IMG/VR virus record: IMGVR_UViG_3300021420_000314
Span: 1 to 56,311 of that record
Length of the DNA: 56,311 nt
Strand: one strand, 5' to 3'
From: a virus
Lineage: Duplodnaviria > Caudoviricetes
This document shows, in pieces, positions 37,876-46,934 of the stretch. Made by a program: the position numbers and the translations under genes. The notes beneath the pieces were generated by a model. The model did not search any database, was not told where the DNA came from, and saw only the letters and a list, made by a program, of their open reading frames with translations. Position 1 is the stretch's first letter. Each line of letters starts with the position of its first letter.

Positions 37876-40245
37876 ATGAAAAAGTTCTTCGAGCGGGTCC
37901 TGCCAGATGGGGGGTCGTATAGCCTACTCGCGCTGAGCAAGGGGTCACCGCCGCTAGAGCTGAACGGGATACCCACGTTCGATGCCCTGGTGCACCGGGC
38001 TACCCAGGCCAGCACGAGTCCGCTAGACGTCTACTATGCGGTTGGTTCCTACAAGCCATCTGGACGGCGGGGTGAAGAGGCGCTTGCGAAACGCGCCCTC
38101 TTTCTCGATCTCGATGCTAAGGACTTCGGTTCTAAAGCTGGCACCCTTACGGCACTTAACACATTCGTACGCAGTGTGGGCCTACCAGCTCCGGCCATCG
38201 TGGTCGATTCGGGTGGTGGATACCATGTCTACTGGCCGTTTGCGGAACCTCTGGAGGTGGCCGCTTGGCGAGCTCTGGCCCTGGCGCTCAAAGCGGCATG
38301 TAAGTCAACTGGCTTCGACGCCGATCCTACCGCTACCGCAGACGCTGCGCGCGTTCTACGGATACCCGGGACCCTTAATCACAAATACATACCGCCGCGT
38401 CCTGTTCAAGTGCTACAGGATACTGGCGCGGTGTTTGAACCCGCGGATCTTTTTCGTGCCCTCCAGCCCCAACAAGTTGCCCTGGCCGATACCGCCCTCC
38501 CCGTACCAAAGAGTGCACTCGATACAAGTATCAACGACGACCTCGCAGGGGGGACATCGTATGACCCGCTTACTAGCACCGAAGTAGAGTCGATGCTGAA
38601 GGCGATCGTTATCCCCTCGACGGGTAACGAGCGCCGCAATACGTGGACTCTGGTGCTCGCGGCCCTGAAAGACTGGGACCAGGGCGAGGAAGGTTTCAAG
38701 CTGGCAGACGCTTGGAGTTCGTCCCAGGCTGCGTACCGCGGCACCGCCGACGTGCGCAAGACCTGGGACTCTTTTGTCCGTTCCGATGGACCCAAGGTCA
38801 CGATTGGAACCATCGTCAAGATGGCGAAGGACGCTGGCTGGTCGGGACCTGTCGCGGAGGATGATCATGACGTCGTCGATGTCAGCTCTCAAGGGTTCAT
38901 TGCGGAGGCTGTACGCGCTGATGTTCGCGCGCAGGAGTCTCTGGCGCGAGGCCGCAATCGCCTTACGATTGAAGAAGCCCGATCAACTCTCACCTCCGAT
39001 TTTATATATGTCGAAAACCAAGGAACTTATTACTCTATCGGCAGACGGAACTGTCTGGGTAAGGAAGTCATCGACGACCTCAACGCCTGGCGCATGCCAC
39101 GAAGCAGCAACGGAGCATCGCTCTCTGCGGTCACCATCCTCAAGAATTCTCCCAACACTCGGCAGGTGGACTCACTGGGCTTCGCGCCTGGTCAGAGCTT
39201 TGTGTTCTCTGAGAACAACCGTCGTTACGTCAATCGGTATGTGGATCCGCCACCTGAAGTGGTCCCGGCAAAAGCAGAGGCTGAACTGTTTCGAGATCTC
39301 TGCGATTACCTTTTTCCCCGCCCGGGGGATCAAGCCTTCAAGCGCTATTGGCTGCAGTATATGGGGCACGTCGTACAGAAACCGCAGACCAAGATCGCTA
39401 CGGCGCTTCTTTTCATCTCTGAGAAGGAAGGTATCGGCAAGACCCTCGCCCTCTACGACATCCCCCGTCTCCTGGTGGGAGTAGACAATGCTACGAAGGT
39501 TACAAATGATGACCTTGAAGGTCGTTTTACAGGCTACCTGGGAAACGCCCACCTCCTCCATCTTGAGGAGATCCACGTCAACGGTCACTGGAGCTCTTCT
39601 AAGATTGCCAACAAGCTCAAGGCTGTTATTACAGACGCTACTGTGCGAGTTGAGCAGAAGGGACTCGACGTGTACAACATACCGAATCGTCTTGTCGTTA
39701 CTGCCACGTCGAACTATAACGATGCTATGTTCATCTCCTCCAGACAGGAGCGACGATGGGGAATCTATGAGCTTTCACCCGATCGCGCCTATAGTGAATC
39801 CCAGCACCGCAAATACTTTGACCTCATCCACCGTTTCCTGGCGAGCGACCGGGCGGCAGGAGTTCTACGTTTCATCTTTGGACGTATCAACCTCGCTGGC
39901 TTCAACCCACAAACCCCCCCACCGATGACGCTGGCCAAGCAGCGCATGAGCGTGCTGTCGATGTCAGAGGAATGCCAGGTGATTCATGATGCTATGGCAA
40001 ATGGTCTCACACCGTTTCATCGTGACCTATTTCAAATCGATGAGGTGCGCGGACTGCTTAAGACGGAACTCAATAAAGTTGTTTCCTCCAAGTGGGCCGC
40101 CCAGCAGCTTCTGCGAGTCGTGCCGGATGCAACGATGACACGTACACGAATTGGCCAGGGAGTAGTTCGAGTCTGGTGCTGGAAGAATCAGTCCCAGTGG
40201 AGGGGCGTTATCGGTGACACCATTAAGAAAGAGCTCGAGCGTTAG
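37876..40245 (+). CDS. Primase-helicase (RepB/AEP-type primase, PriCT-2, SF3 helicase)
   Basis: FLDLD, DSGGGYHVYW, RVLRIPGTLNHK; WSS...Y..W.SF (PriCT-2); Walker A EGIGKT; TSN. Confidence 0.88.
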   Translation: MKKFFERVLPDGGSYSLLALSKGSPPLELNGIPTFDALVHRATQASTSPLDVYYAVGSYKPSGRRGEEALAKRALFLDLDAKDFGSKAGTLTALNTFVRSVGLPAPAIVVDSGGGYHVYWPFAEPLEVAAWRALALALKAACKSTGFDADPTATADAARVLRIPGTLNHKYIPPRPVQVLQDTGAVFEPADLFRALQPQQVALADTALPVPKSALDTSINDDLAGGTSYDPLTSTEVESMLKAIVIPSTGNERRNTWTLVLAALKDWDQGEEGFKLADAWSSSQAAYRGTADVRKTWDSFVRSDGPKVTIGTIVKMAKDAGWSGPVAEDDHDVVDVSSQGFIAEAVRADVRAQESLARGRNRLTIEEARSTLTSDFIYVENQGTYYSIGRRNCLGKEVIDDLNAWRMPRSSNGASLSAVTILKNSPNTRQVDSLGFAPGQSFVFSENNRRYVNRYVDPPPEVVPAKAEAELFRDLCDYLFPRPGDQAFKRYWLQYMGHVVQKPQTKIATALLFISEKEGIGKTLALYDIPRLLVGVDNATKVTNDDLEGRFTGYLGNAHLLHLEEIHVNGHWSSSKIANKLKAVITDATVRVEQKGLDVYNIPNRLVVTATSNYNDAMFISSRQERRWGIYELSPDRAYSESQHRKYFDLIHRFLASDRAAGVLRFIFGRINLAGFNPQTPPPMTLAKQRMSVLSMSEECQVIHDAMANGLTPFHRDLFQIDEVRGLLKTELNKVVSSKWAAQQLLRVVPDATMTRTRIGQGVVRVWCWKNQSQWRGVIGDTIKKELER

Positions 40246-43200
40246 TAGTTCACGAGCTCGTTTGCGCGCGGATCCCGCGTAGGCTGTCCGGTCGCAACTG
40301 CTTCCTGTCCCTTCACTCCCACCTGGGCCCGGCGGAAATCCGAGTAGGAGATCTTGTGACCCGGGTTCAACGTGTTGAAGTGTTGTATCCGATCCATGAT
40401 CGAACCCTTCTGACCCTCGGGCGAAGTCATGTACTGGCTGATCAGCTCGAACTTGCGCTGATCCTCCCATGCCTTGTACCCGCGCACTGTCCCCTCACGC
40501 TCCTGCACATTGGCCACACCCGATGGCTTGAGGCCGAGCGCCTGCCACACCGCGGCGCCGGCTGACGGCGGCGTGAGCTGCGCACCCAGGGTAGATTGAC
40601 GTCCGCTGGAGTAGAGCTGCCAGGCTTTCTGCACGTCGTGCATCGCCTTGATGGGCACCATGTGCATGAAGCCGCCGAGCATGTCGCCACGCTCAAAGGC
40701 GTCCCGCGCACTGGTGTACTGATCGGCAACCATCTGAGGCATCGGGCCCAGCATGGTGCCGGCGAACGCCATCAGCTTGTCCTTCGTCGAGCCTAGGAGG
40801 TCAGGAGGATCATGTAGGAACAGATCCGATAGACCCATGCGTGACGAAAGATCGAAGCCAAGCAGACGAGGTAGGCCGCCAGTGATTGCTTGTACCGCAG
40901 CTGGGCCCACCAGATCAGAGACGAAGTGACGAATCGAAGTGTCGAGGTCAAAGTAGTTATCGGGGTCATTGAAGAGCTTGTTGTATGCGTAGACAGCCAG
41001 GCGCACCGGCTCGAGTACTGCACCCTTGATCACGCCGGCGAAGATCGACGTGCCGAGCACCATGCCCGCCACAGTCTTCGCCGCCTCAGCGCGCGACTTG
41101 GTCTCAGCATACACCATGTTCTTGATGTTGGAGTACAGCAGGTGCGCCATGCCCTGGGTGTAGGTCCGGAACATCGTGATCGAGTTGAAGTTGCGCCCCA
41201 CCATCTTGAAGACCCGGCTCTTGTTCCCCTGGCCGTAGTCCATGTGGGTCTCCTTTACGAAGTCCAGCGCCTTACTGAGGTCACCACCAGTAAGCTCAAG
41301 ACCCGCCAGACCCGTGGAGATGCGATTGAATACATCCGCCATGTGAGGTAGTAGGCGGGCATAGTCGAACGCACGCGTTCCCACATTGCCAAAGAGTCCC
41401 TTACCCTGAGCCATGTTTCCAAGCTCAGCGTAGAACGAGGACTGTAGGAGGCCCCGGTCCATGAGTTGCGCGAGATGGGAATTCTCACCCTTGGCCCACT
41501 TAGCCAGGCGCGGATCTTTCTGAACTGCACGGAGCACCGCCTCTTCAATCCGATTACCGTTGAAGTGCGCGTCAGTTCCCGGAAGCCCATAGAGGTGCTC
41601 CATAAAAGCCTGGTGGAATGCAGGGCCCGAGACTACTCGCATCGCGTGTCCGAAGGAACTGAACGTCTTGCCGTAGCCCCAGCGGGCGCCTGCCACAGGC
41701 ATGGCGGTTGTAAAATTCTGCGTCATCCAGATCCCTGCGTGGGACGGACTCGCGAGGAAGTTCATGAACCCCAGCTTCGCCATGGCACTGTTGAGCGCCG
41801 ACTTCGGCTGGCCGTACTGCGAGATGTCCTGGGTGAGCCGCTTGTTGAGCTCGTCCATCACCTGGCCGCGGCGGGTAACGGTCTTCTGATCGACGCCGCC
41901 CTCCGGGTTCTTCGCCATGTCGCGGATCTTGCCGAGCGCCTCGCCGGCCTTGAACATGGTCGACAGGTGGCTGGTGTTCCATGCCAGTGACTGGGCATGC
42001 TCCGCGAAGTTGCGTCCCATCTCCTCGGGTTTCACACCACCGCTACCCTTGCGGGCGAGCTTGGAGGCTGCGTAGGCAGACCGGCTGGCCAGGATAGACG
42101 TGTAGGTCTTCTTCAGCGCGGCCACCAGGGCGTCAGTCTCCGGGCCAGCGCCATTGCGAGTGAGCCGGCGGGTGGCTTCGGCAACAACGTTCTGGACTCC
42201 ACCAGCAAGTGGGGTGGAATTCTCTGAAAGAACTTTCTGTGTGACGGGGCCAACATCGAAGCCCTGACGGCGCAGTGCCTCAGCGTGCTCCTGAGCCTCC
42301 ACAGCGTTCGAGTGCATGCTGACGTAATCAGCCTTGTAGTTGACATTGAACTTGCCTCCGAGCTCCTCGATCTTGGCGGTGCTCTTTGGCGACAGCGCGC
42401 GGATCTTATCAGAGAACGCCTGGGCCTCGGCCTTGGTACCGAATGACCGGTCACCTTCTGGCTTGACCTGCACTACGAGATCTCCGTGCCGCCCCAGGTG
42501 GAAGTACGGCCCGTCGATCTGGTGGAGACTCGCGGTGTTGTTGAGCGAGTCGATCAGCCCCTTGTTGCGGTCGCCAACATCAATCAGCTTGCCCGTGCCT
42601 ACCAGCGACTCATAGTCACCCGGGCTGCGCGCAGAATACAGGAGCGCGCGTTGCGCCTGAGTAACATCCCGGTCACTGTAGCTGTCCAGCGATACGTCAA
42701 TAGCAGCGCGACGCATCTGTTTCGTAGCCCATTCATTCCAGTCGCGCTCCTTCGTGTAGACGCCCTGCGCCTCGGGCGAGAGCTTGTTCCACCGCGCCGT
42801 GAAGTCGTCGTAGCGAGCCTGGAACTTCGGCTCAGCCTGGATGCTCACAGACTGCAGATGCGGTGCCTTGGTGGGATCGATCCCCCAGATGGTGGTGTCC
42901 CGCTGTAGTGCGCCAAGGCGGCTGTCCTCGTCCTTTCCCAGGAAAGAACGGTCCCTGGAAATTTCACCGGCACGACCCAGCATCTTGCCCGAGATAACGG
43001 CCTTCTGCTGCTCGGTGTTAGCCAGTTGGTTCATCGGATTCAGGTGGTCGTCGCTGCCGAACCAGTGCGAGTTGGTTCTCAGGATCTGGTCGTGAGTCTC
43101 ATCCGCAAGGACGACACGGCGGACCGCAGCCGGCACCCGGCCGCGTACAGAGCGATTGAAGTCCCGTGCAGTATCTGCGGCCCTGTCTCCAACCGTGCGA

Positions 43201-46200
43201 CGTAGCTCCCCTTCATGAGGTAGCGCCCTCTGAGGTTTATCAGCCATCGCATGCTGAATGACCTGGAGCGCAGCTGCCGTACGACTCGGATGATTGAGTG
43301 GGATTGCTTCACCGTTGAACTCCTTGTCGGCGCCCATAATCTTCCCGGTGACATCCAGGATGTTGTCGAACAGCTGTCCCTGGCGGCCAGACTTCATACC
43401 GAACAGGCCGCGGATCGCATCCGCCAGCTGGTGCAATATCGGACGCAGCTTCTCTCCGGGCTGCCGATAGTTCTCGGAGTCCATCAGGAACTTTTTGAAG
43501 CTCGGGTTCGTCAGCGCCTCGGACATAAACTCGTACGGATTCTCCATGCCGTACATGTCATAGATCTTTTCCAGGGGTCCCTGCTCGAGATGCATGTAGA
43601 CCTCGCGCTCCTTCGCGATCTGATGTAGACGCTCGATCTCCTTGGTGAATGGATGATTCGGGTTGGCGCGCATGAAGCGTACGGTTGCGCCGTGCACTGC
43701 TTCATGCAGGAGGATTTGGTACGGCGGTATGCCCTTGCTATTCTCGCCGGCGCGGATCTGAATTTCTTGTCGTCCATCGCCGGGAAAGTACGAGTGCATA
43801 CCCAGGTCTTCGGTGGGACCTGCCTGCGCATCCAGGACGCGGCTTCGCGAGTAAACCGCCATGTCAGGTACGACATTGCGTATCGCCTTCGCGATGCTGC
43901 CAATGATGGCGCTATCCTGGTGCCCCTCCGCAGTGCCGATGATCTGGTCCAGCAGGCGGTGCAGGCTCATCGGCGTGTTGAGATCCATCACGTCGTGCAG
44001 CATCCCGTGGAACCCTGATTGATCCAGACGCGTGGCGAGCGGAGTCACCAGGCGCTGTGCGGAGGCAGGTGCCGTGCGCATCGGATTGTCATATCGTTGA
44101 TCGTTGAATTCTTCGTCGACTTCTTCGTCTCGAGTCTTCGGCCGAGCGCGATCGCGGGCCTCTCCTTCATGATAGGCAACCATGGTCTCGACGTCGTCGG
44201 TGCTCAGGTGCGGCTGCACTTCCTGTATGAGCTTCGTCAGACGATCACGCGCCACCTTGCGTGCAGGCTCATCTTCAGCCTTGACCAGTGCATCGCCGGC
44301 AGCCTTGAGCTTCACCACCTCGCCGGCGGTAACTTTGCGCGGCTTGGTCTCATCGGGGACATCCTCGATGACCTTGACCTTCGGCTCATTTGATTTTGTT
44401 TCTGATTTCGTAGCTGCACTACGATTCTCGCGTTCTTTCAAAACGCGCGCCTTGATCTTCTCGCTCTTGTTGGGCAGCTCCGGAGGCGACGGTGTGTGCT
44501 TGGGGTTCATCAACCCCTCAGCGGCATCCAACATATTCTTGGCATGCCAGTCCATCATGGAGTGGCCGATGCCCTGCCCCTTACCCATGGCCTCTTCGGA
44601 CTTCAGGTCGAGCCGCGCCACTGCGCGCGCAGCGTCGGCCGCTGCCTGCACACGCGACTCATCGGCGAGACCGCCCTCGTGCGCGGCCTTGGCAGCAGCC
44701 ATGAGCTGCCGCGCGAACGCTGCGATGTTGCCAGCGCGATCTTTCACCGAGCCTGCGCGCTTCTTTCCTTCAGGCGGGACTTCGCTCTGCTTGAACTCTG
44801 CGCGCACCTGGTCAAGGTGTTGGAACGCAACTGGTATGTTGTTAGTATTTTCGGTATTGCTCGCGGGCTGCTCTCGTATATCTTCGTGCCCACGAACGGA
44901 TTCGGCTTGTGGTGCAGAAGCCACAGGCTCAGCCGGGGATTGTCGCACGGGCTCGGGAGCAGGTGCAGTCTTGACGGGCGCTTCGGGGGGCGCCTCTTCC
45001 TTGACAGTCTGCCCACGAACGATAGCTTCCTCCGGAACGTGTACCACAGTGCCGGTAGGCTCCCCCTCGTGATCGACCAGCATCACCGGCCGCTTCCCTT
45101 CCTTGGCCTCGCCCTGGACTATGGCCGCGCGCTCGCCGCCGCCCGTCCGGATGATCACCCGTTCTGGGCCTGCAGCTGGCTTTTGTAACTCTTCTGGTGC
45201 GGCCGTAACCGGTTTGGGCTTCTCAGCGGCCTCTGGCGCCACCGGAACGGCCCCCTCACTCGGCCCCGGAGCGACGCCGATCTCGGCAGGTGGGGCTTCT
45301 GGTGAAGCAACTCCAGCCTCCCGACGGGCCAAAGCCTCTGGCATGGTCGTGACTACGGGGGTCTTGCCCTCCTGAGCCATCTCCTGGGCGCGAGCCTGGA
45401 CCTCCTCGGGCTTGACCAGGCTCTCGGACGCCACGGCGCCCTCGGGCGTCTTGCCCTGCACAACCATGGTCGCTTCGTTCGTCTTGCCGCCACCAGCGCC
45501 GGTGAGCTCACCCAGCACGGCCTGCATGTCGGGGTTGGACTTCTTCAGCGCGCGAGCCGCCTTGGCGCCTTCAGGTCCATCGACCAGGAGCACGCCGCCC
45601 TTGCCGTCGAAGTTCCGCATCTGCTGGGTGCCCTGAGCCAGGTCAGCCAGACCGTCGGGGCCGAGCGCCACCCTGTTCTCTGGGCTCAGGTACACCGCCT
45701 TGCGCGCGGTCTTCGGATCTTTCATGTCCGCGACCTGAGCCTTGAGGTCAGCTATCGGTTCCGCAGTCGGATGGTCGGCGGGGCGCGCGCCGGTGAACTG
45801 CACCGGGCTCCCCGTATTGTCGATGGCAATGCCACCACCAATATCAGCGGGCGGCGGTGGCTCCGCGCCCACCTTGCCAGGCTCGCCCTCCGGGGGAGGC
45901 ATGAGCTCGGGCGGCAGCGTGCCGCCACGATCAATGAATCCTTTGGAGTTCTTCGGCTTAGCGAGCCAGCCGAAGATACCGCCCATCAAGCCAGAGGTGA
46001 TCAGGCTCGCAGGATCAGTCGGGTCGATCTTGTCAGCTGCATCTCGATATCCACCGCTACGCAGGATTCCCTGTGCGGCCCACTCGGACGCTGCACTCAC
46101 GCCCGCGGCGAATGTCCCGTTGGCGAGCACACGCTTGATTACGCTGGGGCTCTTGAACGGCACGGACATGCCGGCCGCGTTCGCGATAAGATTGGTCGCC

Positions 46201-46934
46201 ACCAAGGCATAGGTCGTCTTGAGGTCCTGCCCAGCGTCCACCGATTCGGTGCCGGCATTCATCGCCGCCTGGCCCATGTAGGCTTCCGGGCCTAGGGCCA
46301 GGGGCGCGAGGCCGGCGATACCACCGGCAACAATCTTCGCACCCTCACTCGTCTGCTCCGCGTTGCGTGCGGAGTTCTCCTGGTAGTATTTGATCGCAGG
46401 ATCGTACGTGTCGGCGATGGCCTTGAAGCCGGCGTCGGCGCGCGCGTCTGAGTCACCGGGGAGCAGGCGGTTGCCGGTGTTGGCAAACACACCCCAGCCG
46501 AGATTGCTCAGACCCTTGCCAGTGGCGGCCAGACCCTCGCCGAGCTTGTTGCCGAACTCATCCCAGAAGCCCTGCATGGTGCCGGGTGTCTTCTGCTCGG
46601 TCTTCGTCTTTACCGGGCCATGCCACTGCATCTCCTGAGCGTTAGCTGATGGGCCTTCGTCACCAGGCGCTTGAGCGGTCGGGGACGGCCCCGCACCCAT
46701 GACGCCAACCACAGAGGCGTTGGGACTCGGACCCATGGTCGGGGGAGCGAGCTGGGCATCGGTGAATCCTTCGGATTTGAGGTCGCTGACGGAACGGGCT
46801 CGAGCCTCGCCGGTCGTCTTCGGACCGCCCGTAAGAGCCTGGTGGGCTACCGCCTCAGCACCGCTCAGGAGCTGCTGCGAGCCTTCGTCAGGGAGAGGGA
46901 CTGCTACCACTTGACCCACCTTGATCAGCGGCAT
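40242..46934 (-). CDS. Large internal virion (ejection) protein with zincin metallopeptidase motif
   Basis: 2230 aa, helical; LLHEAVH...EFMSEALTNP; last gene of the late block. Confidence 0.75.
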   Translation of the reverse strand: MPLIKVGQVVAVPLPDEGSQQLLSGAEAVAHQALTGGPKTTGEARARSVSDLKSEGFTDAQLAPPTMGPSPNASVVGVMGAGPSPTAQAPGDEGPSANAQEMQWHGPVKTKTEQKTPGTMQGFWDEFGNKLGEGLAATGKGLSNLGWGVFANTGNRLLPGDSDARADAGFKAIADTYDPAIKYYQENSARNAEQTSEGAKIVAGGIAGLAPLALGPEAYMGQAAMNAGTESVDAGQDLKTTYALVATNLIANAAGMSVPFKSPSVIKRVLANGTFAAGVSAASEWAAQGILRSGGYRDAADKIDPTDPASLITSGLMGGIFGWLAKPKNSKGFIDRGGTLPPELMPPPEGEPGKVGAEPPPPADIGGGIAIDNTGSPVQFTGARPADHPTAEPIADLKAQVADMKDPKTARKAVYLSPENRVALGPDGLADLAQGTQQMRNFDGKGGVLLVDGPEGAKAARALKKSNPDMQAVLGELTGAGGGKTNEATMVVQGKTPEGAVASESLVKPEEVQARAQEMAQEGKTPVVTTMPEALARREAGVASPEAPPAEIGVAPGPSEGAVPVAPEAAEKPKPVTAAPEELQKPAAGPERVIIRTGGGERAAIVQGEAKEGKRPVMLVDHEGEPTGTVVHVPEEAIVRGQTVKEEAPPEAPVKTAPAPEPVRQSPAEPVASAPQAESVRGHEDIREQPASNTENTNNIPVAFQHLDQVRAEFKQSEVPPEGKKRAGSVKDRAGNIAAFARQLMAAAKAAHEGGLADESRVQAAADAARAVARLDLKSEEAMGKGQGIGHSMMDWHAKNMLDAAEGLMNPKHTPSPPELPNKSEKIKARVLKERENRSAATKSETKSNEPKVKVIEDVPDETKPRKVTAGEVVKLKAAGDALVKAEDEPARKVARDRLTKLIQEVQPHLSTDDVETMVAYHEGEARDRARPKTRDEEVDEEFNDQRYDNPMRTAPASAQRLVTPLATRLDQSGFHGMLHDVMDLNTPMSLHRLLDQIIGTAEGHQDSAIIGSIAKAIRNVVPDMAVYSRSRVLDAQAGPTEDLGMHSYFPGDGRQEIQIRAGENSKGIPPYQILLHEAVHGATVRFMRANPNHPFTKEIERLHQIAKEREVYMHLEQGPLEKIYDMYGMENPYEFMSEALTNPSFKKFLMDSENYRQPGEKLRPILHQLADAIRGLFGMKSGRQGQLFDNILDVTGKIMGADKEFNGEAIPLNHPSRTAAALQVIQHAMADKPQRALPHEGELRRTVGDRAADTARDFNRSVRGRVPAAVRRVVLADETHDQILRTNSHWFGSDDHLNPMNQLANTEQQKAVISGKMLGRAGEISRDRSFLGKDEDSRLGALQRDTTIWGIDPTKAPHLQSVSIQAEPKFQARYDDFTARWNKLSPEAQGVYTKERDWNEWATKQMRRAAIDVSLDSYSDRDVTQAQRALLYSARSPGDYESLVGTGKLIDVGDRNKGLIDSLNNTASLHQIDGPYFHLGRHGDLVVQVKPEGDRSFGTKAEAQAFSDKIRALSPKSTAKIEELGGKFNVNYKADYVSMHSNAVEAQEHAEALRRQGFDVGPVTQKVLSENSTPLAGGVQNVVAEATRRLTRNGAGPETDALVAALKKTYTSILASRSAYAASKLARKGSGGVKPEEMGRNFAEHAQSLAWNTSHLSTMFKAGEALGKIRDMAKNPEGGVDQKTVTRRGQVMDELNKRLTQDISQYGQPKSALNSAMAKLGFMNFLASPSHAGIWMTQNFTTAMPVAGARWGYGKTFSSFGHAMRVVSGPAFHQAFMEHLYGLPGTDAHFNGNRIEEAVLRAVQKDPRLAKWAKGENSHLAQLMDRGLLQSSFYAELGNMAQGKGLFGNVGTRAFDYARLLPHMADVFNRISTGLAGLELTGGDLSKALDFVKETHMDYGQGNKSRVFKMVGRNFNSITMFRTYTQGMAHLLYSNIKNMVYAETKSRAEAAKTVAGMVLGTSIFAGVIKGAVLEPVRLAVYAYNKLFNDPDNYFDLDTSIRHFVSDLVGPAAVQAITGGLPRLLGFDLSSRMGLSDLFLHDPPDLLGSTKDKLMAFAGTMLGPMPQMVADQYTSARDAFERGDMLGGFMHMVPIKAMHDVQKAWQLYSSGRQSTLGAQLTPPSAGAAVWQALGLKPSGVANVQEREGTVRGYKAWEDQRKFELISQYMTSPEGQKGSIMDRIQHFNTLNPGHKISYSDFRRAQVGVKGQEAVATGQPTRDPRANELVNY

